The notes under the pieces were generated by a model. That model had not been told where the DNA came from and did not search any database. It worked only from the letters and a program-made list of their open reading frames with translations. Shown in pieces: positions 24,874-36,190 of a stretch of DNA of 64,000 nucleotides (position 1 is its first letter; each line of letters opens with the position of its first letter). The stretch comes from Anthoceros angustus (taxonomy: Eukaryota; Plantae; Anthocerotophyta), in NCBI GenBank assembly GCA_010909165.1, contig MU008163.1, positions 558,001 to 622,000 on the forward strand, read 5' to 3'. A program made the position numbers and the translations under genes.

Positions 24874-26544
24874 CTACGCGAACAAGTATCCCACAAAGAT
24901 ACCCAGCAGGATACCCAATAGCACCACAAAAAGTGAAAAACCGGACTGCTTCTGTGCAACAGCCAGGGAAGACTGAGTCCCATCTCCAGATCCTTTGCTT
25001 GCATGCTTTCTCGAGTCCATATTAGCCACCATTTGTGTCTGTGCAATACAACCCCCAAAAGTGAATTGAGTGACCTTCGAGTAGAAGAAAAACACCAAGA
25101 ATGCCAGCAAGCCTGTACCATTTCCTGCTGCAAGCGCTGGGTCAGCTGCACGGCAGCATTTCTCTCCTCGGACAGAGAAGTCAGTGCAGCCCTTGCCTGA
25201 AGGAACATCAACATGCCGATTGTTTCATGTCAAACCCGTGGGCTTATCCATGGGGAAGTACCAAACAAGCATAGCAAGGAAATATCACAAACCTCTGTCA
25301 ACTTTGCTTTGATCTCAATGTAATCCTTGGGTGTCTGTCACAGAAGATAAAAAGTGACTTCCATCTCTGAACTATTGAGAAACCGATGCGGACTTCATAA
25401 GAAAGCTCACAATCTGACCAACATCACAAATATCAAGAGTACTCACCACCTCGTTCACAGAAAAACTGTTAAAATCCCCATTGTCCTGCGTGATACCGGC
25501 CTTTGGTGACAACCCTTCCTCTGCTGACTCTGCTACTGGAGAAGGTGGTTGTGGTGGTGATACATAGACAACCCTCAGCTTTGCCTCATGGACCTCCTTT
25601 CCAGCTTCTTTGTTGAACTGAAAGATGACGCGGTCACGATAGAGTAACTACTCCATTGCAAGGGTGCCAATGCTCTCACCACTACAGACGTGCAATGCTA
25701 TTTCAGGCTTACCAGCTCTTGGTTCACGTCTTTGGAATGCATGCCACTAGGGGCTACGACGCTCTGGACAAGGAACTTGTCCTTGCATAGCATGTCTGGG
25801 GGAACCTCCCTCTGAGCTTGCATTGTGACTGCAGACAGCACAGGCATATCAGCACACGACAGTAAGAAGAGGCCTCGCACTTTGCAAACTGTAGCTGGTT
25901 TCAAATTTCAAAGTACCCTCGGCAAGGAAATACCTGTGACATCCGCACTCGCCTGCGGTAACACGATGCCCGTGTTTGGACGTACGCAGTACTTCTTGGG
26001 AGAAGTTGTTTTGACCTGAGATGCAAAGCAAGGTGAACCTCTTGCAGGACAAGCTAATGTACAGCTGACAACCACATCAGCGAAAGGTATCCAACCTTAA
26101 ACGCCACATAGTGGTCAGTCGCATTGACCAGGCGAAGCGAGCAGGATATCTGCTTCTTCACCTCAACTGTTCACCCCATTGAGCATCACATCAGAAGAAC
26201 AAACATCTTAATGCAAAACCACGCCTCCATGCCAAGAACATCCTACTACACCGGCTACCGACATCTAACTAAGACGCCACCGCCGGCCACGGCCACGATT
26301 CGGCCACAATTCCACCCTCACGATCACCTCCGATTAACGCCACCTCAACAGAAACAAGGCTACCCTAAGTTGCCGGCCGTCCTACCAATTTGACCGACAA
26401 CCAGCACAACTCACACCACGGGGATCAAACAAGCTGTTGCAGACGCAGCACGTCCCAAACCCATGTGCACGCAACACAAAACGCCACAAACTCACAAGGA
26501 AATTTCAGCTCCCCCGGCTGGATATGAAGCAGTTCGCTGGGCAT
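24874..26544 (-). CDS. VAP27: VAMP-associated protein (MSP domain, coiled coil, C-terminal transmembrane segment), multi-exon
   Basis: MPSELLHIQPGELKFP, YVAFK/VKTTSPKKYCVRPNTG, VTMQAQREVPPDMLCKDKFLVQS, C-terminal GFSLFVVLLGILLGIFVGYLFA*. Confidence 0.93.
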
Positions 26545-27213
26545 GGCTGCTGCTTCCGGTCCTTCTCCTCTGCTTCCTTCCACACACCTCCTCCTCAGGC
26601 TTCCAAACCGGCCCTACCTCTCCCGCCGGGCCACTCCCAATGCTCGACGCTACCAATACCACACGGAAGCCTAATATTTACACAGCGGCCACGCCGGGGG
26701 AATTCCCTACAGCCGTCTCAGGAACAGCTGGCCACATCCACAGATCTGAGGCGCATGCTTCATCCGAGTGCACCAGCCTGGCACCGTACCACACAGTACC
26801 GATTGCACCACCCGAGCTCACGTACACTCACCAACTCAACTCAGCTCCCCACGGCTCCACTCCCGAGACCGTTGCCTCCTTCCCTGCACGGCGGATCCGG
26901 CCGTCGCAGCCGCGCAGGCCAAGACGACTGCTGCACAGCGGAATCCCGCAGCAAGGCCGGGCAGCCTCAAATCCCGCGTTTCCGAGGCCGCCAAGACGGC
27001 GCTGAGGCGGAATTAGGCTCCGGAAGGCGGGAATTGCAGAGCAGCATGCAGCACAGCGGGCGGCTCAGAGCAAAGCGGGCGGGCGCGGGGGCTGAAGAGG
27101 ACGAAGCGAGGGAGACGGGAGGGCAAGGCGACCGAAGCGCGGGTGGAGCGGGGCAGGCGTCCGCGGTCGACCAGCAGCTCTTGAGGAAGGAGGCGAAGAA
27201 GAAAGGAGGCGTC

Positions 27214-27292
27214 GAGAGAGAGAGAGAGAGAGTCGGAATAGGAAGAAGGGGGAGGCGGGGTGGTGGAGGAGAGAGGAGAGAGGAGAGAGAAG
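27214..27292. repeat. (GA)n / purine-rich tract upstream of VAP27
   Basis: GAGAGAGAGAGAGAGAGAG followed by GAGAGGAGAGAGGAGAG repeats. Confidence 0.7.
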
Positions 27293-27959
27293 AGTGGTGC
27301 AGTGCACTGCTTCTGCACTGCACAGCACTCCTTTGATGGGGCCTTTTGGTGGATCTGGGATCGGGGGCGGCCGGGCCCTTCGTCGTCGCCAGGTGCCCGA
27401 CTTCCCGACGAAACTGGCCCCCTCGCTCTACGTTAACGTCATTTTATTCAAATGCGGAAGCCAAGTTTTGTGGGAGAGTCGGCCGAGTACAGCACTATGG
27501 CAGCAAATGCTTTGGTGACAAGCTGAACATGGGCCTTGTATGTCCATTCCGCGCACAAAGCCTGGTGGGGTTCTCGCCTGCGCCCTCCACTCACCCTTTT
27601 TTTAACAGCAAACAAAGCAACATAGGTGTCTCCTTTCCTTACATTGTCGGACCTTCTTGTATATCTTCCCTTCCACCAAACTTGTCTCTCTTACCTTGCC
27701 TGCTTGCCTTCCACACATGTAGTCTCCAAACTCCTTTGTTGCATCCAGCTTTACTCTTGTCCAACCCATTTCTGTGCACCCATCTCCAGCGCGCTCGTAG
27801 TTTACAGGACTCAGCAATCGTGTGAAGTTTGTGGTACTATGAAGTGACTTTAGGTCCTCCCTTCCTAGATTAATTTTCTCTTCTTCCTCCAGGTTTTATC
27901 TCTCACTCCAGTGTGTTGACGAATATTTTCACTATTATTTTTCATACACTAGTTAATGT

Positions 27960-29000
27960 ATGGAGTACATGAAACCTTGACAATATAGCTCAAAGAAGAA
28001 GCTCGTCCTAGCCCGTTCGGCTAGTGCTTCGGTTTCCATGTGAGAGCACTTCGGTTTCCATGTGAGAGCACTTCGGTTTCCATGTGAGAGATCGTGACGT
28101 GCAAACACATGGTACCTTGACAACGTGATTCCAAGAAAAAAGTTTTGATACAGACAGGAGCCTCAAATATCCATATCCTATTCCACTCCAACATTTTCTT
28201 CTCACACATTGGTTAGTTTGTGGAGCACATGAAACCTTGACAATGTAGTACAAAGAAGAAGGTTTGTCCTCACAATCTAGCCAGAGCGGAGACCTCCAAA
28301 GTGAGAAACCCTAAGGTGCGAAGTTGTACGTGCTACCTTGACAACGTGATTCAAAGAATTGACAATGCACGTCGCTCAAAAAAGAAGGGTTCCTCCGCGG
28401 TCGCTCAAAAAAGAAGGGTTCCTCCGCGGAATTGACAATGCACGTCGCTCAAAAAAGAAGGGTTCCTCCGTGGTCGCTCAAAAAAGAAGGGTTCCTCCGC
28501 GGGCTCTAGCCAACGCAGCCGCTACGCACAAGATAAACCCTAATGCGAGAATTTATACAGGCTACCTTTACAATATGATTCAAAGAAAAAAAGTTTTGAA
28601 ACAAAGTAAGCTTCAAATATACATAATCTATTGCACTCCAACACTCTCTTTGCGTACTTTAGTTAGTCTATGGAGCACATGAAACCTTGACAATGTACCT
28701 CCAAGAACGAAGGATAATAAGTCTAGCCATCTGGATAGTGCGTTGGTTTCACATGTGAGAGACAGTTTCCGAGGTGCGAATACATGGTACCTTGATGACG
28801 TGCTTCGAAAGAAGAAATTATTGTGGGACGATCAGGAGTACCGGCCCTATTCCACTATGAGTATCTTGCTCCACTCCGAGTATCCTATTCCACTCCGGCA
28901 TTCTCTTCTCTTGAATTCGCTAGCTTGTGGAGGACATCAAACCTTGACACTGTAATTCAAAGACGAAGGGTAAGTCTGCACAAGTTCCTAAGAGAGCGAC
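27960..29000. repeat. Degenerate tandem repeat region with nested minisatellites
   Basis: GGAGCACATGAAACCTTGACAAT-like heads at ~27962, 28222, 28673 and 28929; 22-bp CTTCGGTTTCCATGTGAGAGCA x3 at ~28027-28090; GTCGCTCAAAAAAGAAGGGTTCCTCCG x4 at ~28371-28500. Confidence 0.8.
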
Positions 29001-29946
29001 CCTGCCGGGGTTTTGCTCTGCAATGAGTTCTTGCCGTGCAGTTTAGCTGCAACCTTGATTAAGTAGTAGTTCGAAGAAAGTAGTAGTTCAGATACATGAA
29101 TCTATGTGGATCCTCATTCAGACATCTTCTTGTCCTGCGCGCGATCTGACGAAGACATGTGTCCTTGACATGATCTTCAATTTACACCATATCCTATTTT
29201 ACTCCGATATTCTCTTGTCCATCGTCGATGTACATACTCAATCCAATGTTGTAGTCCTTCCAATATACATACATAAAATATCTTTCACAATATGATGTAA
29301 AAAAATTACACTTATTGCAAGATCGCATGAATAAGGGACACAGCCTACCAAATATGAAACAAGAGCACACATAATCACTAAAGCTTAAATCAAGAATACC
29401 TACATACTGCCTGTAATGGGTTGATCCACGTGGATTGATCACAATTATATAATTATGTATGATGGACTAATATCCCATCTGTTTAAACTCAATAAACCTC
29501 ACTCTTTTAGTTATTGGGATATAAGTGTTCAGTTTTTGTTGGAAGTGAAGGATGAAAAGTACAGAGATAGGAGGGAAAGGCCACGGGTTTGTCCATAGCA
29601 ATCATTTACCTACAGTAAACACCATGCTCATTAATCGTAGGTTATACGTAGCATAACCTAGTAAAGCCATCCAGTTACGGGAGACATTGGGCTCAGTTTC
29701 ATGAATTCTCCAGTCCAAGAGGAGCCAGGAACGTAGGCTACGACGGAGAACCTCAAGGTGTAGCTGTTGAACTCCCTTCGCTCCAGAGGTCTTGACCAAA
29801 CTTGTCCGTCACGACTTGCTCACGAGGTGACGACAACTTAAACCGATGTTTACATCTGTAGCATGTCATTTGCTGTGACGTTTGGTGGCAGATGCCCTTC
29901 CTCATCAAGTCTGGTGGCTATGTCTTTCTCTCAAAGGGAGGCTTGT

Positions 29947-32088
29947 TCAATGCCGATCCCCACATGAGCAGAACCCATTAACGAAATGGTGGACACGGTG
30001 TGCATCTCTGACTATGATCTCTCGTTTCTCAATCCTGGACATGGTCTTGGTGCCATTGTGGCAGTCGTTGCACATGCGGAGGTTCTTGGTCACCAGCAAA
30101 GGTGTGCCATCTGGAGTGTTGAGCAGACCATAGGCCAAAGCGAGTTTCTCAGCATGCCCACACAGAGAATCTTCTTTGTGTGTGTCAGACAATGGCTGCA
30201 AGACCAACTCTGTGTGGGACTTCTGGGTGTCATCTCCTAAGACGAGATTCACACTTTTCAACTTCCAGGAAAGGTCGTCCCTTTCTTCCCCGACGTTGAA
30301 TGCGTGAACCCTGTTGTCTACCTCAATCCAGGCACTTGCAGGCTTCTTGCAAGCACCTGCAGACTTTCTCAGGCTTTCGATCTTGTCTGCATCCCTCCAC
30401 CTGCCAGCATTTGTGTAGATACTGCCCAACATCGCATATGCAGATGCATTCTGAGGCTCAAGTTTGATTACGTGATCGAAGCAACGCTGTCCTCGCTCGA
30501 CGTCACCATGGCTCTTGCAGGCACTCAGCAAGGATGTCCACCCTGTGACGCCATCCTCGAATGGCATGCTTAGAAGTAGGTCTTCTGCTTCCTGCAGATA
30601 GCCTGCCCGCCCGAGCAGGTCGGCCATGCAAGTGAAGTGAGACACTGTCGGGGAGATGCCATGGTCTTCCACCATCGTCTTGAAGTACTGGCGACCCTTG
30701 TCCACCAGGCCTCCATGGCTGCATGCCACAAGAAGACAGAGAAAAGTGGCATCATTGGGCATGATACCTTGCTGCTTCATCTCTTCAAAGCACTGCATAG
30801 CCTTATGGCACTCATTGTGTAGGGCATAGGCATTCATCAGCGCTGTCCATGTCACCACATCCTTCTTGGGCAGTCTGTTGAAGACACCACAAGCAGCCGG
30901 TAAGCTGCCACATTTGGCGTACATGTCCACCAAGCTGTTGCCGAGAACCACATCGTTTTGCAGCCCTCTCGACTGAATCTGGGAATGGAGCTGTTCCCCT
31001 TGTTGTATAGCTCCCACACTAGCACACGCTTTCAGGAGGCACACAAATGTGAACTCGTCAGCACCAGTCTTGCCCTCCTCTTGCATAGCTGCATAGAGAG
31101 CAAGTGCTTCGCGGCCAAGCCCTTGCTGAGCATATCCTGCGATCATGGCAGTCCACGTAACCACATCTTTGGTAGGCAATCTCTCGAAAATTGCACGGGC
31201 ATCCTCTAAGCTCCTGCATTTTGCATACATGTCCACCAAGCAGTTCCCGACAATTGCATCAGCTTCAAGCCCTTTTGCCTGAATCTGGATATGAAGCTGC
31301 TTCCCCTGACCTAAATCTCCAACACTAGCACATGCTTTCAGAAGGCACACAAACAGAATATGATCAGGCGGACTCTTGCCGTCCTGTTGCATACTCGCAT
31401 AGAGAGCGAGTGCTTCCCGACCGAGGCCATGCTCTGCATATCCTGCAATCATGGAGGTCCATGTCACAATGTCTTTCGTCTGCAGACTGTCAAAAACCTT
31501 GCGGGCATCCACTAAGCTCCCACATTTGGCATACATGTCCACCAGGCAGTTGCCAACAAACACATCAGGCTTGAAGGAGCTCCCCAGAACATCAGCATGC
31601 ACTCGCTTTCCGGTAGCCAGGTCAGCTGCGGTGGCACAGGCCTTGAGAACAGCCACAAATGTGTGGTTGTCCGGCCTCACAGCTGCCTCTCGCATCTGTC
31701 CATAGAGTTTGATGGCCTCCGTTGGCTGCCCATATTCACCATGTGCCAAGATCACAAAGAACCACGAAAAAATGTCTGGTGCAGCCAGTCTAGAAAAGAC
31801 TTCCTTCGCTTCCTCCAGCATTCCTTGAAAAGCATACATGCGGATAATGTGGTTGACCAGAAATGTGTTTGCCTCATATCCACGTCCGACAGCCAGAGCA
31901 TGAACACGCTTGCCAGCAACCACATCCTTCCTTGCAATGCACCTCTTGAGGACACGATACAAGAGTGAGTCAGGAACATAAGATCCTGTACTGATCAACA
32001 ACTCCAGCAACCCCACAGCTTCGCTGAGTGGCCCATGTTCGAATACATTGCTCCAGGTTTCAACCTCACACCTGCCAGGATATAGCAT
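29947..32088 (-). CDS. PLS-class PPR RNA-editing factor with E and DYW:KP domain (DRH terminus), candidate U-to-C editing factor; probably has additional 5' exons
   Basis: PLS repeats (LVDMYAKCGSL, DVVTWTAMI), KKPASAWIEV in place of the PG box, HAEKLA, KNLRMCNDCH, terminal CSCGDRH. Confidence 0.93.
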   Translation of the reverse strand: MLYPGRCEVETWSNVFEHGPLSEAVGLLELLISTGSYVPDSLLYRVLKRCIARKDVVAGKRVHALAVGRGYEANTFLVNHIIRMYAFQGMLEEAKEVFSRLAAPDIFSWFFVILAHGEYGQPTEAIKLYGQMREAAVRPDNHTFVAVLKACATAADLATGKRVHADVLGSSFKPDVFVGNCLVDMYAKCGSLVDARKVFDSLQTKDIVTWTSMIAGYAEHGLGREALALYASMQQDGKSPPDHILFVCLLKACASVGDLGQGKQLHIQIQAKGLEADAIVGNCLVDMYAKCRSLEDARAIFERLPTKDVVTWTAMIAGYAQQGLGREALALYAAMQEEGKTGADEFTFVCLLKACASVGAIQQGEQLHSQIQSRGLQNDVVLGNSLVDMYAKCGSLPAACGVFNRLPKKDVVTWTALMNAYALHNECHKAMQCFEEMKQQGIMPNDATFLCLLVACSHGGLVDKGRQYFKTMVEDHGISPTVSHFTCMADLLGRAGYLQEAEDLLLSMPFEDGVTGWTSLLSACKSHGDVERGQRCFDHVIKLEPQNASAYAMLGSIYTNAGRWRDADKIESLRKSAGACKKPASAWIEVDNRVHAFNVGEERDDLSWKLKSVNLVLGDDTQKSHTELVLQPLSDTHKEDSLCGHAEKLALAYGLLNTPDGTPLLVTKNLRMCNDCHNGTKTMSRIEKREIIVRDAHRVHHFVNGFCSCGDRH

Positions 32089-32207
32089 TTGTCAGACCAG
32101 ACATCATCGTTTCTCCTTCCCATACTTCCAATCCTCAGAACAGGCAAAAGGGATCAACTCTTGGAAGCATCAGAGTGGAAATAACTTGGACCTCCTAGCG
32201 TCCTTAC

Positions 32208-32765
32208 GGTCAGGTCCCTCGTGCAATCCAGGCTGGCAATAGCCTGCTCTCCACGGACCACGAGTCTGTACTGGTTGCAATTCCCTGTCGACCCATCCAT
32301 GCTGTGAATCGACCCACAAGACTTTCGTGGTTGCGCTGTGCACAAAGTCTGGATGATTGTCGTGTGCCTGCACACATCCGTAACGTTGGAAAGCGCCATC
32401 AACACCTGGGCCCAAAACAGACCGCAGCTTCAAATTGCTCGACCTGCAATTACCTTGCTCGATCTGTTGTCCCACCATTGTGAAGGATCTACTAGAAAGC
32501 CGTCCCACAATGCCTGCCGTTCTCCTGCCACTCCTGCAAACGCAACGCAAGAACTAAGACCCCCCTTCAGGTCCAACCCGCAAAGATGCTCCTCACACCT
32601 TCTCTGAAGCAAAAATTACATGAAGAAGCTTTTACCACCGATAGGTGCCACCCGCAAAGATGACAGCAACCTGCAGCGTTCTTGCCAGATTCTTCGGGTT
32701 CTGGGATTGTTCCTAATTAGGCACAAATCCACCAGCCGGCTGCCTAATCCGGCTCCGTTCTTCAT
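32208..32765 (-). CDS. Upstream exons encoding a transit-peptide-like N-terminus and an OSB/PTAC9-type PDF motif, likely the 5' part of the PPR gene
   Basis: Splicing 32533-32454 to 32367-32208 (GT-AG intron 32453-32368) gives LWDGFLVDPSQWWDNRSSK-AHDNHPDFVHSATTKVLWVDSQHGWVDREL. The exact join to the PPR exon could not be resolved by eye. Confidence 0.65.
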
Positions 32766-33004
32766 TGGCCGCACCAGCGGGCGGCGAGAAATAACTATCC
32801 ACCGCGAATCCGACTGCGGCTCATAACATCCATACCCTGATCCTTGCATGCACCGGTTTTAGAGCGAGAAAGTCGACAGGTGGATTCTTTTGCAGGCTCG
32901 CCACTTGGCACTACCAGTATGAGAGGACAAGGAGCACCGCTTCCCTGGTGATGGGCACCAATGTACTAGCCTTGCTCTCAGCCAGGCACAGTGAGAGGTG
33001 CAAT

Positions 33005-33006
<2 letters not shown>

Positions 33007-33042
<36 letters not shown>
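33007..33042. repeat. (GCT)12 microsatellite just upstream of the lipase ATG
   Basis: Direct count: 36 nt. Confidence 0.95.
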
Positions 33043-33057
33043 ACAGGACAGGACAGG

Positions 33058-34659
33058 ATGTGGCGAGCTGTGGTGATAGGAGTGGGGACATGGGGTGCCT
33101 GGAAGGCAGGCAAGGCTGCAGTCGGGAAGATGCAGGAACATGCAACCAGCAGAAATGCGGAGGGCAATCCTATGCAGATCATTGCCAAAGGGGCTACATG
33201 TCTGCAATCCCAGATTGGTCCGTGGGGTATTCAGGACCTCACTCTGGGTCTGGCATGCATGGCCAAGGTGTGAGCTAGTTTTTCTTGTCCCTGCTGGAGA
33301 TGTGAAATGATGAGGATTTTGGTACGCAGTTGTGGTGACATTCTGTTGCTGTTGTTGTTTCTTCCTTCCTTCCAGGTGAATGAGAAAAAGCCTCCCCAGG
33401 CTCCAGGCCAGCCAGCCAAGGAGGAGTCCCAGGATGCACAGTTTCTCAAAGAAGCTCAGCACTGGCGTTCCATGGCAGAGGCTGTGTACGTGCCGGATTC
33501 CGGCTCTTTCTCGATCCTTTCCCACCTGCCAGAGTCAGCCATTGTTGGGTCGCAGTGGGAGCCGGATTCGGACTCTCTCAGGCCTGCGTACGCGGTGTGC
33601 GTAGATGCAGCCTACGGAGCAGTTGTTCTTGCTGTGAGAGGGACTTCGCATGTGTTGGACATGCTGCTCAACTCTGGTGCTCAGCCGGAGGATTTTCATG
33701 GAGGCATTGCTCATGGAGGATTTGCACATGCGTCAGAGGTGCTTTGCAAGGAAGTTCAGCCCCTCATCGACAAGGCGTTTGAGGAGCATGGCCGACATCA
33801 GAAGGATGTGAAGCTTGTGATTGTAGGGCACAGCATGGGTGCGGCTGTGGGTATCATGTCCGGGCTCAAGCTCAGAGAGAGGTACAAGGATCTGGAATGC
33901 TGGGGCTACGCTCCCCCAGCTTGCCTCAGCCTGGAGCTGGCCGAGGAGTGCGCCAGCTTCTCCACTTGTTTTCTAGGGGCACACGACTTGGTTCCTCGCT
34001 TCTCCATTGCTGCCGTGGAGAAGCTCCGGCAGCAGGTCTGCAGCTTCGACTGGGACGAAGCAGAGAAGGTTGCCCACGACGACGAGGACTGGAAGAACCT
34101 GAAAAAGGCCATCGAAGCCATGCGAGGATTCCAGAGAACCCAAAAAGACGTGGGCAAGAAGGCTCAACAGGCTCAGGACGGAGTGAACAGGACCATGAAA
34201 GAGGCACACCAAAATGTCTGCGAGGCTCTGCCTGGACAAGCAAAAGACGACAAAGAGAAATCCGAGGGACAGCAGAACGGAGATGCAGGAGATGACCATG
34301 ATGCAGAGAAGAAGTCCGACGAGAGAAGCAACCAGGGGGACGAGAAGAAGGACCCTCCAAGGCTGTACGCTCCAGGAAAACTATACGTCCTGGCCTGTGA
34401 TCCTGTCGGATGTGGGAAGAAGCCGGAACAAAGGTCTAATGCCCCTGAGCTGAGGAACTACGGGGCATATCCTACCTTCGACGAAATCCAGAGGGCAAAA
34501 TGGGTCTTGCACAGGGCCCAGCAGGAGGACTTGAACAGCATACTAGTATCCCCATGGTGCGTATCAGACCACATGCTGGGAACGATACAAGAAGGAATAT
34601 ACTACCTGCAGAGGCACTGCAAGCCCGCCGTGGCCAAATCCTCCACCTCCTCTTCTTGA
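33058..34659 (+). CDS. Class-3 lipase / diacylglycerol-lipase-like protein (2 exons, intron 33268-33375)
   Basis: VVLAVRGT, AHGGF, nucleophile elbow IVGHSMGAA, YAPPAC, DLVPRFS, LYAPGKLY, SDHM. Confidence 0.88.
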
Positions 34660-34939
34660 ACCACCCTTGCCAGAGTAGACAGTTCTCGTAAACACCATGA
34701 TGTGTAGCATCCATGTACTACATGTCATGGAATTATCAAAAGTCACTGTAGGCAACCCGTTGTTCTGCTATTGGTCACTCATCTTCCAATGACCGTCATT
34801 ATCCAGACTTCCACAACTTCTTCACATCTGATTGCATTTTTGTACCACACTCTCCGCTTCTGGCCTTCAGTAGAAGCAGAGCACACTACAACGGGCTACC
34901 CATCAATCATCCTACATGGAACCAATTCCCCACCTTCCC

Positions 34940-36190
34940 CTACCGCTGCTCCAACACAGCTCCAGTGTGGTTAAACCCACAAGAAATCTGAATCCCCGTA
35001 AGACCCCCACAATCCAACTTCGTGGGCTCGAGGTAATCAAACTCGTTCCGATGCCCCAGCTGCCCTCCGGAAGACTGCCCACTAGCAGCATACGTGCCCT
35101 GTGAACCTCCCCACCCCCAAGTGAAAATCTGCCCTTCATCCGTGATGGCAGCCGAGTGCTTCCACCCGCACACCACGCTCTCCACGGTCAGCTCCCCAAG
35201 CCCAAGCCCCACCCGCACCGGGACCCGGCTGTGCCCGCCATACCCGACCCCCAAGCATCCATACTCATTCGACCCCCACATGTACAGGTCCCCGCTCCTG
35301 GACACGGCACCCGTGTGGTACCCGCCACAGGCAACCTCCGCCATAGCCGAGCCCAAACCCAACACGGCCTTTGGACTCTGCTGGTCCCCATCCTCCCTTT
35401 GCCCAAGCTGCGAGAACCTCCCCTGCCCGAAGGTGAACACCACGCCCTCCTCGTCCACGCACGCAGAATGCATCAACCCGGCTGAAACCCGCACCACCTT
35501 CCCCAGCCCCGTGGCCTTCACCAGCCGCGGGCTCCAGCAGGCCCGCTTTTGGAACAGCCGGAAGATGGCCCGGTGGGCATGCACATCCTCCCCGTGACCC
35601 AGCTGTCCGCTCCGCCCAGATCCCCAGGCCAGCAGCTCCCCGGAGGCTGCAAGGCAGAGGGAGTGCTCCCCACCGAGCGCCACAGCCCGGATCTCCACGC
35701 CCACCAAGCCCTCGACCTTGGCAGGCCGCTCCAAAGCAGAGGGCGCCTTCGATCCCAGCCCCAGCTGCCCCTGCCCGTTCGCGCCCCAGACGAAGAGCTC
35801 CCCGGAGTCCGAGACAGCCGCGGAGTGATGGCTCCCTGCCGCCACCTGCACGCAGCCCTCGGGCAGGCCCGGAACCCGGATCGGCGATGGCGAGAAGGGC
35901 ACGTCCAGGGAGACCCCGAGCTGCCCGCAGTCGTTGAGCCCGGTGGAGAAGACGGCGCCCTGGTCTGTGAGGATCAGAGTGTGCGCCCCCCCGCAGGCCA
36001 CTGCCCGGGGGCGGCAGTCCTGCAATTCCGAGCACACGGAAGGCTCCAGCCGCGAGTCTTGATGCGCCAGGCCCAGCCGCCCGAAGTCGCCGTTCCCCCA
36101 CAGCGCCACAACCCGATCGTGAATCGCGCGAGACGCGTATAGAGACGTGAATCGTGGGATGGTGCGGGAGCGGAGATGGCGTGCGAGCAT
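34940..36190 (-). CDS. RUG1: RCC1/UVR8-like repeat protein with transit-peptide-like N-terminus, RUG1-like, intronless
   Basis: ALWGNGDFGRLGL, VACGGAHT, repeated WGxNxxGQLG, CGWKHSAA, WGWGGSQGT...SSGGQLGH, ISCGFNHTGAVLE. Orthology is from memory only. Confidence 0.85.
   Translation of the reverse strand: MLARHLRSRTIPRFTSLYASRAIHDRVVALWGNGDFGRLGLAHQDSRLEPSVCSELQDCRPRAVACGGAHTLILTDQGAVFSTGLNDCGQLGVSLDVPFSPSPIRVPGLPEGCVQVAAGSHHSAAVSDSGELFVWGANGQGQLGLGSKAPSALERPAKVEGLVGVEIRAVALGGEHSLCLAASGELLAWGSGRSGQLGHGEDVHAHRAIFRLFQKRACWSPRLVKATGLGKVVRVSAGLMHSACVDEEGVVFTFGQGRFSQLGQREDGDQQSPKAVLGLGSAMAEVACGGYHTGAVSRSGDLYMWGSNEYGCLGVGYGGHSRVPVRVGLGLGELTVESVVCGWKHSAAITDEGQIFTWGWGGSQGTYAASGQSSGGQLGHRNEFDYLEPTKLDCGGLTGIQISCGFNHTGAVLEQR

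Noticed and set aside
26437-27336. 299-aa plus-strand ORF and overlapping ORFs
   Set aside because: GC-rich, low-complexity sequence antisense to the VAP27 first exon and 5' region, with no recognisable domain.
32911-33278. Poly-Cys, poly-Ser and poly-Ala ORFs
   Set aside because: These are translations of the (GCT)12 microsatellite.
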